A stretch of DNA of 64,000 nucleotides from Acidimicrobiales bacterium. Its GTDB lineage: Bacteria > Actinomycetota > Acidimicrobiia > Acidimicrobiales > RAAP-2. Under the pieces are notes generated by a model. That model was not told where the DNA came from. It worked only from the letters and a program-made list of their open reading frames with translations, and did no database searches. The position numbers were made by a program, and so were the translations under genes. Location: NCBI GenBank assembly GCA_036489775.1, contig DASXFC010000001.1, positions 9,982-73,981 on the forward strand, written 5' to 3'. Positions 17,049 through 26,697 of the stretch are shown piece by piece (position 1 is the first letter of the stretch; each line of letters opens with the position of its first letter).

Positions 17049-17990
17049 ATGCACGCAGTGGTGATCGGCGACGGCAAGTTGGTGTGGACCGAGCGGGCGG
17101 ACCCGGTGCCCGGTGACACCGAACTGCTGGTCGCCGTCAAGGCGGCCGGCCTCAACGGAGCCGATCTGGTGCAGCGGCTCGGCTTCTACCCGGCGCCCCC
17201 GGGGTGGCCGGCCGACATCCCGGGAATGGAGTTCGCCGGTGAGGTCGTGGGCAAAGGACCGAAGGTCACGCGCCACGACATCGGCGACCGCGTGATGGCG
17301 GTGGTGGGCGGTGGCGCCCAAGCCACGCTGGCCCTGGTCGATGAAGTCCACGCCCTGCCGGTGCCGGCGCAACTGGGCTGGCCCGAGGCGGGCGGATTCC
17401 CCGAGGTTTTCTCGACCGCGCACGATGCGCTGTTCACCCAGGGTCAGCTGGCCATGGGCGAGCGGGTCCTGGTGAGCGGGGCGGCCGGGGGCGTGGGCAC
17501 CGCCGGGCTGCAGCTGGCGGCGGCCACCGGCGCCGTGGTCGTCGCCACCGTGCGGGACCCCGACCGTCGATCCGCCGTGGCCGCGCTGGGCGCCACCCAC
17601 GTCATCGACCCCGGTGAGGTGGCGGACCACGGGCCCTATGACGTCGTGCTCGAGCTGGTGGGGGCGCCCAGCCTCGAAGCGGTGCTACCCCACCTGGCCA
17701 CCGGCGCCCGGGTCGTGGTGATCGGCGTGGGGGCCGGCTCCACCATCTCGCTCAACCTCTTCTCCTTGATGTCGACCCGCGCCCGCATCGGCGGCTCCAC
17801 CCTGCGCTCCCGCCGGCTGGAGGAAAAGGCTGACGTCGCGGCCGCCGTGGCCAGACACGTCCTGCCCCTGCTCGAGTCCGGGCGTATCTCGGTGCCGGTC
17901 TGCGGAACCGTGCCCATGGCCGAGGCCGAGGCCGCCTACGAGCAATTCGCCGCCGGCTCCAAGCTGGGCAAGATCGTGCTGGTGACTTAG
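17049..17990 (+). CDS. NADPH:quinone oxidoreductase / zinc-type alcohol dehydrogenase superfamily (Qor-like)
   Basis: ORF 17049..17990. Motifs LVAVKAAGLNGADL, PGMEFAGEV and GAAGGVGTAGLQLA (nucleotide-binding site). Confidence 0.9.
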   Translation: MHAVVIGDGKLVWTERADPVPGDTELLVAVKAAGLNGADLVQRLGFYPAPPGWPADIPGMEFAGEVVGKGPKVTRHDIGDRVMAVVGGGAQATLALVDEVHALPVPAQLGWPEAGGFPEVFSTAHDALFTQGQLAMGERVLVSGAAGGVGTAGLQLAAATGAVVVATVRDPDRRSAVAALGATHVIDPGEVADHGPYDVVLELVGAPSLEAVLPHLATGARVVVIGVGAGSTISLNLFSLMSTRARIGGSTLRSRRLEEKADVAAAVARHVLPLLESGRISVPVCGTVPMAEAEAAYEQFAAGSKLGKIVLVT

Positions 17991-17992
17991 GG

Positions 17993-18709
17993 GTGATCGG
18001 CGCGGTCCTCTTCGACGGCGACCAGACGCTGTGGGACTTCCGGCGCGTGATGACCTTCGCGCTGGAAGCCGCCCTCGAGGAACTGCGAACGGCTCGACCC
18101 GGCGCCGTCACCGCCGCCATGACCATCGCCGATTTTGGGGCTGACCGCGACGCCGTGGCCCAGGAGCTGGCGGGCATCGAGTTCAACCTGAGCAGGCTGC
18201 GCCAGCTCGGCTTTGCCCGCACCTTGGAGCGTCTCGTCCCCGACGACCCCGACGGCATCGGGCCCCTGGCCGATCAGTTGACTGCGACGTACTTCCACCA
18301 TCGGGACCTCGATCCCGCCCTCTTCGAGGACACGCTCCCCTGCCTCGACATATTGATGGCGCAGTACCGCCTGGGTCTCCTCTCCAATGGCAGCCGGTTG
18401 CCGCAGACCATCGGCCTGGCCCATTACTTCGAGACCGTGGTGTTCGCCCAGGACCATCAGGTGGCCAAACCGGACCGCGGTCTGTTCCAAGTGGTGGAGC
18501 AACGGCTGAACGTCGATCCCGAACATTGCGTCCTGGTCGGTGATCACCCCCTCAACGACGTGGTGGGAGCGAAACGCTCGGGTTGGCGAGCCGTCTGGGT
18601 CGATCGTGAAGGTGATGGGGCCTACGTCTGTCCCGATGGTTGTCACGAGGAGCCCGACGCCGTCATCACCTCCTTGGCGCAGCTGCCCGAGGTGTTGCGC
18701 GCCTGGTAG
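17993..18709 (+). CDS. HAD-family hydrolase (subfamily IA-like)
   Basis: ORF 17993..18709. The GTG start lies 2 nt after the Qor stop. Motifs VLFDGDQTLWDF (DxD), LLSNG, KPD and LVGDHPLNDVVGA. Confidence 0.8.
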   Translation: MIGAVLFDGDQTLWDFRRVMTFALEAALEELRTARPGAVTAAMTIADFGADRDAVAQELAGIEFNLSRLRQLGFARTLERLVPDDPDGIGPLADQLTATYFHHRDLDPALFEDTLPCLDILMAQYRLGLLSNGSRLPQTIGLAHYFETVVFAQDHQVAKPDRGLFQVVEQRLNVDPEHCVLVGDHPLNDVVGAKRSGWRAVWVDREGDGAYVCPDGCHEEPDAVITSLAQLPEVLRAW

Positions 18710-18811
18710 GGAATTACTCGAGCCGCTCCGCCAAGACGGTGGCTTCGGCACGGACCCGGTGGCGCGCACCCGTTGTTCAAGATCCGGTGCATCCATGGCC
18801 CTGAACGATCT

Positions 18812-19957
18812 CTATCGGGTCAGGATGACCACTCCGGCATTGGCCCCGCGGCCAACCGTGTGTGAGAGCGCGGCGCGCGCGCCATCGACCTGCCGCGGTC
18901 CACACTCGCCGCGCAGCTGGCGCACCAGTTCGACCACCTGGCCCAGCGCCGAGGCTCCCAGCGGTTCACCCTTGGAGAGCAGGCCGCCGCTCGGGTTGAC
19001 CGGCAGGCGCCCGCCCAGCGCGGTGTCCCCCGAATCCAGCAGCTGGGCCGAGGCACCGCGGGCGCACAGCCCGAGCTCCTCATAGGACAGCAACTCCCGA
19101 GCGGCGTCGGTGTCCTGACATTCCACGACGTCGAGGTCGCTCGGGCCCAGACCCGCCTCCTCGTAGGCCGCGGTGGCCGCCAGGGTGCTCGGCGGCGGCA
19201 CGCTGTCATCGAGCAGACCCGACAGAGGCGTGGATTCGCTGAGCACGGCGCCGGGCAGATGGGAACGCAGAACGGCGCCGGCCAGCGTGATCGGTGCGGC
19301 CGCGCTCTGGGCCGCCCGGGCGGCCGTGGTCAGGATCACCGCGGCTGCCCCCTCGTTGGGCGAGCACAGCATGAAGAGGTGCAAGGGATCGCAGACGACT
19401 CGGGACCCGAGGACCTCGTCGGCCGACACCTCCTTTTGGAACATGGCGTCGGGATTGGCCGCGCCGTGGCGCCGGTTCTTGACCACCACCTGGGCCAGGT
19501 GGTCCTTGGTCACGCCTGAGGTGATGGAGAGACGATGGGCCCGCAGACCGAAGAAGGCCGGCGTGGCGGCCAAGCCGGCCTCCTCCTGCCAGGGCTCGAA
19601 GAAAGAGGAGCGGATGATCCCCTTGGGCATTTTCTCGGTCCCGAAGACCAGCACGGTGTCGTACTGGCCGGCCCGGATGGCGCCAGCGGCCAGCATCAAG
19701 GCGGCGCCGCCACTGGCACACCCCGCCTCCACGTCCACGATGGGCATGCCGGTCATGCCCAGCCGGCTCAGCACCTTGTGCCCGGTGGCCACCCCGCCGT
19801 AGGCCGTGCCGCAGAAGGCGGCCTGAAAGCCGCCCTTGCCGATGCCGGCCTCCTTGAGGGCCGCTCGCACGGCGTGGACACCCAGGTCGGTGGTGGAGAC
19901 ACCGTCGAACCGTCCGAAAGGGTGCAGGCCGACCCCGGTGATGACGACATCGCTCAT
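18812..19957 (-). CDS. SCP-x-type thiolase / lipid-transfer-protein (Ltp)-like
   Basis: ORF 18812..20185 trimmed to ATG 19957 (MSDVVITGVGLHPFGR). Motifs VEAGCASGGAAL and NPSGGLLSKGEPLGASALGQ. The ATG overlaps the stop of the DUF35 gene (ATGA). Confidence 0.88.
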   Translation of the reverse strand: MSDVVITGVGLHPFGRFDGVSTTDLGVHAVRAALKEAGIGKGGFQAAFCGTAYGGVATGHKVLSRLGMTGMPIVDVEAGCASGGAALMLAAGAIRAGQYDTVLVFGTEKMPKGIIRSSFFEPWQEEAGLAATPAFFGLRAHRLSITSGVTKDHLAQVVVKNRRHGAANPDAMFQKEVSADEVLGSRVVCDPLHLFMLCSPNEGAAAVILTTAARAAQSAAAPITLAGAVLRSHLPGAVLSESTPLSGLLDDSVPPPSTLAATAAYEEAGLGPSDLDVVECQDTDAARELLSYEELGLCARGASAQLLDSGDTALGGRLPVNPSGGLLSKGEPLGASALGQVVELVRQLRGECGPRQVDGARAALSHTVGRGANAGVVILTR

Positions 19958-20358
19958 GACGGCGCCGGTGCGAAGGCGTAGCTGATGACCTCGTCGCCCT
20001 CCTCGGTGGTGTGCAGGGTCACGATCCGCAACGACATGGGCTGGCCCAGCTGGAGCGCGGCGGGGTCGCTCTCGGTCAGCCGGGCGATGATGCGGATCCC
20101 TTCGGGCAGTTCGACCACCCCGATGCCGTAGGGCACGCCACCCAGGTAACCAGGCGGTGGCGCCGTCACCGCGGTCCAGGCCCACAGCTGCCCGTGGTCG
20201 GACAACTCGGTCGGTTCGGGATCCTCAGCCGCGCAGTAGGGGCAGGTGTCGTGGCGCGGGAAGTGGTGGGCCCCACAGGACCGACAACGGCTCCCGAGCA
20301 AGGCGGCCGACGGCTGGTCGGCGAACAAACCGGGACGGACAGGGCGGCGAGTGCTCAC
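19954..20358 (-). CDS. DUF35 zinc-ribbon/OB-fold protein (acyl-CoA-associated)
   Basis: ORF 19954..20526 trimmed to GTG 20358. Contains a 4-Cys ribbon (CRSCGAHHFPRHDTCPYC) followed by an OB-fold segment (YGIGVVELPEGIRIIARL...MSLRIV). Confidence 0.85.
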   Translation of the reverse strand: MSTRRPVRPGLFADQPSAALLGSRCRSCGAHHFPRHDTCPYCAAEDPEPTELSDHGQLWAWTAVTAPPPGYLGGVPYGIGVVELPEGIRIIARLTESDPAALQLGQPMSLRIVTLHTTEEGDEVISYAFAPAPS

Positions 20359-20369
20359 CGTGACGCCGC

Positions 20370-20783
20370 TTAGAGCTCGACCAGTTCGAGCGCGTCGACT
20401 TCCCAGAACGCGCGCAGCGAGGCGATCCGGCCGGCACCGTTGCTCTTGTAGGTGTACACCCCGCGCACGACGGCTTGGTGGGTCCCGCCGGCCAGGGTGG
20501 TCCGGATAACCCCGACGTCGGCGCACTCGTCGCCGCAGAGGTAGGACTGCTCGATCTCGAAGCTGATCGACTCACTGGAGGCGATGACCGTGTCGTAGAA
20601 GGCGGTGATCGCCTCGATCCCGTGGTGGCCCTTCCCTTCGGGGTCGAAAGGGGACGGACCGATGGGATCCTGCACGACTGCGTCGGCGGCGAACAAGGCC
20701 AGCCAGCCGTCGCGGTCCCCGGCGCTGACCGCCGCCCGCGAGCGGATCCCCAGCTCCCGTGTGTTCAAGACTTCGTCACTCAC
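20370..20783 (-). CDS. NTF2-like / SnoaL-like protein (ketosteroid-isomerase fold)
   Basis: ORF 20370..20783, GTG start preceded by GGGGG. The pattern WLALFAADAVVQDPIG...ITAFYD is typical of SnoaL/KSI-like proteins. Confidence 0.75.
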   Translation of the reverse strand: MSDEVLNTRELGIRSRAAVSAGDRDGWLALFAADAVVQDPIGPSPFDPEGKGHHGIEAITAFYDTVIASSESISFEIEQSYLCGDECADVGVIRTTLAGGTHQAVVRGVYTYKSNGAGRIASLRAFWEVDALELVEL

Positions 20784-20810
20784 TGTTGCCCCCTGGCCGT
20801 TGCCATCGAT

Positions 20811-21686
20811 TCATCGCACCTTGGCGATGACGCTGTCGGCGAAATGTTGCAGATTGTCGATCTTGACCTGCAGGCTCTCGGTGTCGTGCTCGGTGGTGTA
20901 CGGCCAGCGGAAGCCGACGATGACGTCGGTCACCCCCAACTCCTCCAGCCGCTTGACGCCGTCGGGACTGTACGCATCGAGGGAAATGACGTGCACCTCG
21001 AAGGGCTTGTCCGCCGTCCCGTGCTCGGCCCGCAGCTCAGCCAGGCGGCTCAAGAGTCCGGGCAGATCGGCCGGATCGCCGCCGCCGTGCAGCCAGCCGT
21101 CGCCGCTGACCGCGGCCCGGCGCAGCGCAGCCTCGTGGTGTCCACCGATCAGAATGGGCACCGGCTGGGACGGTGACGGCGACATCTTGATGGCCGGGAT
21201 GTCGAAGATCTCGCCGTGGTACTCGAAGAAGTCGCCGCCGAACAGGCCCCGCATGACGTCGATCATCTCGTCCATGCGCTTGCCCCTCCGTTCCCAGGGC
21301 ACGCCGCAGATGGCGTAATCCTCGGGCCAGGGGCTGGTGCCGACGCCGAGGAGGAGGCGGTTGTTGGTCAGGACCGCCGTCGAGCTCACCTGCTTGGCCA
21401 TCAGCACCGGTTGGCGGATGGGTAGCTTGATCACGAACGTAACGAAGCGCAGCGAACTGGTCACGGCCCCCATGGCCGGGATGAGTGAGAAGGGCTCGAG
21501 GAACGGCTTGCCGTCGAGGAATTCCCGGGTGCCGTCCGGATTGAACGGGTACGTGGTGTCGGACTCCTTGGGGTAGCAGATGCTGTCGGGCACCACCATG
21601 GAATCGAACCCCGCCGCCTCGGCCGCTTGGGCCAGGGGCAGGTAATACGTGGGATCGGTCATCGATTCGGCATAGGAAAAACGCAC
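20811..21686 (-). CDS. LLM-class (luciferase-like) oxidoreductase, probably F420-dependent (Rv2161c-like)
   Basis: ORF 20811..21734 trimmed to GTG 21686 (VRFSYAE). Motifs AAGFDSMVVPD, LLLGVGTSPWPEDY and ILIGGHHEAALRRAA. Confidence 0.87.
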   Translation of the reverse strand: MRFSYAESMTDPTYYLPLAQAAEAAGFDSMVVPDSICYPKESDTTYPFNPDGTREFLDGKPFLEPFSLIPAMGAVTSSLRFVTFVIKLPIRQPVLMAKQVSSTAVLTNNRLLLGVGTSPWPEDYAICGVPWERRGKRMDEMIDVMRGLFGGDFFEYHGEIFDIPAIKMSPSPSQPVPILIGGHHEAALRRAAVSGDGWLHGGGDPADLPGLLSRLAELRAEHGTADKPFEVHVISLDAYSPDGVKRLEELGVTDVIVGFRWPYTTEHDTESLQVKIDNLQHFADSVIAKVR

Positions 21687-21732
21687 CGCACCTCCGGCTG
21701 TCCATGGGTTGCCACTGTTGGTGCCGCCTACC

Positions 21733-22896
21733 ATGCGGCCCGTGGCCGCTCATCCTGCCAGCACTGACGCAACCGTGGGCAACCCAGCCCAGGGGCTGGC
21801 CATCGACCTCTCGCTGCACGATCTCGAGCACGAGGCCCGCCAGGTGATCGGCGAGATGGCCTACGCCTACTACTCGGGCGGCGCCGATGACGAACGCTTG
21901 CTGGAGGGAAACGTGGCGGCCTGGGCCGACTGGCAGCTCCACCCGCACGTGCTGGCCGGCCTGGCTCAGGTGTCGACCGAAACCACGCTGCTCGGGACCC
22001 GTGTGAGCATGCCGGTGGCCATTGCACCCACGGCCATCCAGGGTCTGGCCCATCCGGAGGGCGAAGCAGCCACGCTGGCCGGCGCGGCCGATGCCGGTGC
22101 GCTCACCATCCTCTCCTCACTGGCCACTCGATCGCTCGAGGATGTGGCGGCGGCGGCACCCGAGGCGGCCCGATGGATGCAGATCTACATCCTGCGCCAG
22201 CGCAGCCGGACGGCCGAACTGGTCAGCCGGGCCGCGGCGGCCGGGTACCGCGCCCTGGTGCTGACCGTCGACGCGCCGGTGTCGGGTCTGCGCCTCCGTG
22301 AACTGCGGGCCGAGGTCCACCTGCCCGACAACCTGGCCCTGCCCAATCTGGCCGGCGACAGCACCGACAGCGCCCGGGCCGGGGGGTTCATGGCGGTCGT
22401 CACTCACGAGTTCGAACCGGCCCTTACCCCCGACGACATCGGGTGGCTGGCCGGCCTCAGCAAACTGCCCATCGTGGCCAAGGGGGTGCAGCGGGCCGAC
22501 GATGCGATCCGCTGCATCGAAGCCGGGGCGGCGGCCATCGTGGTCTCCAACCACGGCGCCCGCCAGCTGGCCGATGCGCCACCGACGGCGCAGATCCTGC
22601 CCGAGATCGTCGACGCCGTGGGCGGCCGGGCCGAGGTGTACGTGGACGGCGGCGTCCGGCGCGGACCCGACGTCGTCAAGGCGCTGGCCCTGGGGGCCCG
22701 GGCCGTCCTGGTGGGCCGGCCCTCGCTCTGGGCACTGGCCACCGGTGGAAGAGCCGGGGTGACTCGGCTCTTGCAGTGGTACGAATGGGAGATGCGCCGC
22801 ACGATGGCCTTGTGTGGTGCCGCCGACGTCGATCAGGTGACGCGAGCGCTGATCTCCCGGGTGCCCGGTCGCGAGATCCCCGAGAGGTTGGCATGA
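21733..22896 (+). CDS. FMN-dependent alpha-hydroxy-acid oxidase/dehydrogenase (LldD/glycolate-oxidase family)
   Basis: ORF 21709..22896. Motifs AYAYYSGGADDE, LVLTVDAPVSGLRLRE, PIVAKGV and VSNHGARQLADAP. Possible starts are TTG 21709, GTG 21721 and ATG 21733. Confidence 0.9.
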   Translation: MRPVAAHPASTDATVGNPAQGLAIDLSLHDLEHEARQVIGEMAYAYYSGGADDERLLEGNVAAWADWQLHPHVLAGLAQVSTETTLLGTRVSMPVAIAPTAIQGLAHPEGEAATLAGAADAGALTILSSLATRSLEDVAAAAPEAARWMQIYILRQRSRTAELVSRAAAAGYRALVLTVDAPVSGLRLRELRAEVHLPDNLALPNLAGDSTDSARAGGFMAVVTHEFEPALTPDDIGWLAGLSKLPIVAKGVQRADDAIRCIEAGAAAIVVSNHGARQLADAPPTAQILPEIVDAVGGRAEVYVDGGVRRGPDVVKALALGARAVLVGRPSLWALATGGRAGVTRLLQWYEWEMRRTMALCGAADVDQVTRALISRVPGREIPERLA

Positions 22897-24593
22897 CCAC
22901 GATCGCATCGATGGTGGTGGCCCGGTCCACCGATGATCGGCCGGGGGTTCTCGATGCCAGCGGCCAGTGGTCGTGGCGCCAGGCCGTGGCCGCCGGCGCG
23001 GCCCGAGGTGCCCTGGCACGCTCCTTCTACGGCGACCAAGCACCCCACGTCGGCCTGTTGCTCCCGAACGGGCCCGAGTACCTGTTCTGGCTCAACGGCG
23101 CCGCGTTGGCCGGCGCCGCCATCGTCGGCATCAATCCCACTCGACGCGGCGACGCCCTGGCCGCCGACATCCGCGCCACCGACTGCTCGGTCATCGTGAC
23201 CGACCACGAGGGGGCGGCACTGCTGGCCGGCCTGGACCTCGGGGTGGCCGAAGAGCACATCCTCACCGTGGGCAGTGCGCGTTACACACAGCTGGTGGCC
23301 GGTTTCGACCCCGAGGCGGGCGAAGAAGGTGCACCCGCGCGCGCCTTGCTGGCCCAGAGCGACCAGGTGGACGAAGACTCCCTGTTCCTTCTCATCTTCA
23401 CTTCGGGTACCACCGGATCCCCCAAAGCGGTGCGCTGCACCCAGGGCCGGCTGGCCGGCATTGCCGAAATTGCGGCCCCCGGCTATGGCTACAGCGCGGA
23501 TGACGTCTGTTACTGCCCGATGCCTTTGTTCCACGGTAACGCCCTGATGGCCCTGTGGGGCCCGGCGGTCAATGTCGGCGCATCCATCGCGGTCCGCCCT
23601 CGTTTCAGCGCCTCGGCCTTCCTCGACGACGTCCGTCGTTTCGGAGCCACCAAGTTCAGCTACGTGGGCAAGGCCATCGCCTACATCCTGGCCACGCCCG
23701 AACGGCCCGACGACGCCCAGAACACACTCAAGAGTGCCTTCGGCACCGAGGCATCGGTCCGCGACCGCGATCGGTTCCGCAAACGGTTCGGGTGCTACCT
23801 CATTGAGGGCTACGGGCAGAGCGAGGGCGGCGCTGCCATCAACCCCGTCCTGGGCATGCCCAAAGGCGCGCTCGGTAAGTCGGTCGGTGGGGTCGACCTG
23901 GTCGTCATGAAAGCGGCGACCGGCGAGGAGTGTCCTCCGGCCGAGTTCGACGAACACGGCCGCATGCTCAATGCCGGGGAAGCCATCGGCGAGATCGTCA
24001 ACCGGAGCGGCCGGGGCAAGTTCGAGGGCTACTACCGCCACGCCAGCGCCGAGGAGGAGCGTCTGCGCAACGGCTGGTACTGGACCGGTGATCTCGGCTA
24101 CGTCGACGCCGAGGGCTTCTTCTATTTCGCCGGGCGCAGCGGCGACTGGCTCCGGGTCGATTCGGAGAACTTTGCGGCCGGTCCGGTCGAGACCGTGCTG
24201 AGCCGCAATGCCGAACTGGCCGTGACGGCGGTCTACCCCGTGCCCGACACCCGATCGGGCGCCGGCGACCAGGTCATGGTGGCCCTCGAGATGGTGCCCG
24301 GCGTCGAGTTCGACCCGGATAGCTTCAGCGCCTGGCTGGACGAACAGCCCGACATGGGGACCAAATGGTGGCCCCGGTTCGTCCGGATCTCGGCCGCGCT
24401 CCCCCAGACCGCCACCGGCAAGGTGACCAAGGTCGGCCTTCGAGAGGAAGGGTGGATTACGGACGACGCGGTGTGGTGGCGCCCCCTCGACAGCACCACC
24501 AACGAGCTGGTGCTGCTCACCGAGGCCGACCGGGAGCTGCTGGCCCAGGGCCTCGAGGAACACGGCCGACCGCCGGTGGGCGCGCTCAGCTGA
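22893..24593 (+). CDS. Acyl-CoA synthetase (FadD-type AMP-forming ligase)
   Basis: ORF 22443..24593 trimmed to ATG 22893 (MTTIASM), which overlaps the oxidase stop (ATGA). Motifs FTSGTTGSPKAV, YGQSEGG, WYWTGDLGY and TATGKVTK. Confidence 0.9.
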   Translation: MTTIASMVVARSTDDRPGVLDASGQWSWRQAVAAGAARGALARSFYGDQAPHVGLLLPNGPEYLFWLNGAALAGAAIVGINPTRRGDALAADIRATDCSVIVTDHEGAALLAGLDLGVAEEHILTVGSARYTQLVAGFDPEAGEEGAPARALLAQSDQVDEDSLFLLIFTSGTTGSPKAVRCTQGRLAGIAEIAAPGYGYSADDVCYCPMPLFHGNALMALWGPAVNVGASIAVRPRFSASAFLDDVRRFGATKFSYVGKAIAYILATPERPDDAQNTLKSAFGTEASVRDRDRFRKRFGCYLIEGYGQSEGGAAINPVLGMPKGALGKSVGGVDLVVMKAATGEECPPAEFDEHGRMLNAGEAIGEIVNRSGRGKFEGYYRHASAEEERLRNGWYWTGDLGYVDAEGFFYFAGRSGDWLRVDSENFAAGPVETVLSRNAELAVTAVYPVPDTRSGAGDQVMVALEMVPGVEFDPDSFSAWLDEQPDMGTKWWPRFVRISAALPQTATGKVTKVGLREEGWITDDAVWWRPLDSTTNELVLLTEADRELLAQGLEEHGRPPVGALS

Positions 24594-25281
24594 GCAGCGC
24601 GAGCAACTCAGAGAGATCGGCGATCCGGCGGGTCGGGCCCTCGAGCTCGGGAGCCACCTGACCGTCGCGTTCCGCTGGGCGCCACACATGCACCGCGGCC
24701 ATGCCAACCGTCTGCGGACCAAGCACGTCGGGACCCCAGGAATCGCCCACGAACAGCACCTCAGGCGCGGGAACCCCGAGCTGCGCCAACGTCACCTGGT
24801 ACATCTTGGGGTGCGGCTTGCGGGCTCCGGCCTGCGCTGAAGTCACCGCGGTATCCACCAGTTCGCTCAATCCGGCTCGGTCCAGCGCGGCGTCGAGGTC
24901 CCAGCCCCAGTTGGAGCAGACACCGATGGTGTAGCCCCGCTGGCGCAGCGCGTCCAGGGTGGCGACCACCTCCGGGTACGCGCACATCTCGCCGTGGTCG
25001 GCCGCCCGCAGATCATCGATCACCTGCTGCACATGGCCGGACGCGATCCCACATTCGGCGGCCAACTGCCGCAGGCGGAAACGCACCCATGCGTCGTAGG
25101 TGGCGGCATCGGTGGAATGTTCTGGATGCTCGATGCCGTCGTAACGGTCGGTGTACGCCATCATCACGTCCTCGGGAATGGCGTAGCCGTACCGCGCGAA
25201 CACGCCGGCATAGCTGGAGCGCTGAAGGTCTCGCCAGCGGGCCAATGTCCCGTAGAAGTCGAACAGCACCGCCTGCACCAC
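24586..25281 (-). CDS. HAD-family hydrolase
   Basis: ORF 24586..25419 trimmed to GTG 25281, which lies 4 nt after the upstream methyltransferase stop. Motifs VLFDFYGTL, VCSNWG, ARKPHPKMY and FVGDSWGPDV. Confidence 0.8.
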   Translation of the reverse strand: MVQAVLFDFYGTLARWRDLQRSSYAGVFARYGYAIPEDVMMAYTDRYDGIEHPEHSTDAATYDAWVRFRLRQLAAECGIASGHVQQVIDDLRAADHGEMCAYPEVVATLDALRQRGYTIGVCSNWGWDLDAALDRAGLSELVDTAVTSAQAGARKPHPKMYQVTLAQLGVPAPEVLFVGDSWGPDVLGPQTVGMAAVHVWRPAERDGQVAPELEGPTRRIADLSELLALLS

Positions 25282-25285
25282 TGGC

Positions 25286-26044
25286 TCAGGATGTCCGTCG
25301 GGCCAGGTAGGCGATGAAGGTTGGCCGTCCCTGCACCTCGGCTGCTTCGGCACCAAAGCGCTCCACGTCGGCCTGGCCCACCTTTGGTTCGTCGATGCGC
25401 TCGATGACGAAGCCCGCATCGGCCAGATCGTCGGTGACGGCGCTGAGCGGCCGCCGGTAGAAGGCCTGCGTCACCACCACACCGCGTTTCTCCCAGGTGT
25501 CGGTCACCAGTCTGGTGGCGAAGTAGTCGGGCTCGGTGTCACTGCTCACCGGCCCGAAGGGATGATCGAGGGTGAGGACCAGCCATCCACCAGGACGGAG
25601 TATCTGGGCGAACCAGGCCAGAGCGGTGGCCATGTCCTCGAGATAGTGCAGGGCCAGGGAGCAGACGATGCCGTCAAAGGCACGCGGGGCGAAGGGCAAC
25701 TGGCCCAGGTCGGCCACCACGCCGGCACCCCCACCCAGCCGGGCCCTGGCCTGAGTCACCATCAACGGGCTGCGGTCGAGAGCAACGACCGCACACCCGT
25801 GTTGAGCCAACCACGCCGCGTGCGCACCCGAGGCGCAGCCGGCATCGAGGACCCGGAGTCCCCCAAGCTGGATCGGAAGCAATCGCCGCACCGAGGCCCG
25901 TTCCAGCGCCTCGTTCCACAGGTTGTCGTCGGTGTCGTCCCAGACGCCGGCCAGACGCTCATAGGCGTCGAGCGTGTGCGCTCGCTGCTGGTCGGGCTGC
26001 ACGACGGGAGTTTGGCACAGGGCGACACGGATTCCTCGCTTCAC
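25286..26044 (-). CDS. Class I SAM-dependent methyltransferase
   Basis: ORF 25286..26128. Motif I is VLDAGCASGAHAAWL; LRPGGWLVL is also present. The start is uncertain (GTG 26044 or GTG 26002), and the ORF-track start at 26128 would overlap lepB. Confidence 0.8.
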   Translation of the reverse strand: MKRGIRVALCQTPVVQPDQQRAHTLDAYERLAGVWDDTDDNLWNEALERASVRRLLPIQLGGLRVLDAGCASGAHAAWLAQHGCAVVALDRSPLMVTQARARLGGGAGVVADLGQLPFAPRAFDGIVCSLALHYLEDMATALAWFAQILRPGGWLVLTLDHPFGPVSSDTEPDYFATRLVTDTWEKRGVVVTQAFYRRPLSAVTDDLADAGFVIERIDEPKVGQADVERFGAEAAEVQGRPTFIAYLARRTS

Positions 26045-26073
26045 CAGGCAATACTCTGAGCGTGGAGGTCGAC

Positions 26074-26697
26074 ATGCCGGTGCGACCGGTGCCAGAGAGC
26101 AGCGCCGGTCGGGGACGGCATGCCGCACCGCAATCGAGGGGGCGGCGCTGGATCACCGAGACCGCCATCGTGGTGGTGATCGCCGTGGTGATCGCCGTGC
26201 TCCTCCGCACCTTCGTGGTAGCGACCTACTCGATTCCATCGGGTTCGATGGAGCCGACACTGATGATCAATGACCGCATTCTGGTCGACAAGCTGAGCTA
26301 CGAGCTCCACGGCATCGGCACCGGCAACATCATCGTGTTCTCGACCCCGCCCGATGAGCACTGCGCCGGTCCACCGGTGGCCGATCTGGTCAAGCGCGTC
26401 GTGGCCCTGTCGGGCCAGACCATTTCGCTGGCCAAGGGCCAGGTGTACATCAACGGCAAGCTGCTCCACGAGCCATGGCTTTCCAGCGCGGTGCAGCACG
26501 AAACCGTCCCCGGACCGTCGAACGCGCCCTACTCACTCAACCTTCCTTTCAAGGTGCCGGCCGGCGATGTCTTCGTGATGGGTGACAACCGGACCGACTC
26601 ATGCGACAGCCGCTATTGGGGTCCGATCAAGACATCGACCATCGTGGGCCAGGTGGATTTCCGGATCTGGCCGATCACCAGAATCCACTTCTTCTAG
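26074..26697 (+). CDS. lepB: Signal peptidase I
   Basis: ORF 26062..26697. ATG 26074 is preferred because a GGAGG sits 5 nt upstream. Contains a TM helix, then IPSGSMEPTL (catalytic Ser), VKRVVAL (catalytic Lys) and GDNRTDSCDSRYWG. Confidence 0.92.
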   Translation: MPVRPVPESSAGRGRHAAPQSRGRRWITETAIVVVIAVVIAVLLRTFVVATYSIPSGSMEPTLMINDRILVDKLSYELHGIGTGNIIVFSTPPDEHCAGPPVADLVKRVVALSGQTISLAKGQVYINGKLLHEPWLSSAVQHETVPGPSNAPYSLNLPFKVPAGDVFVMGDNRTDSCDSRYWGPIKTSTIVGQVDFRIWPITRIHFF

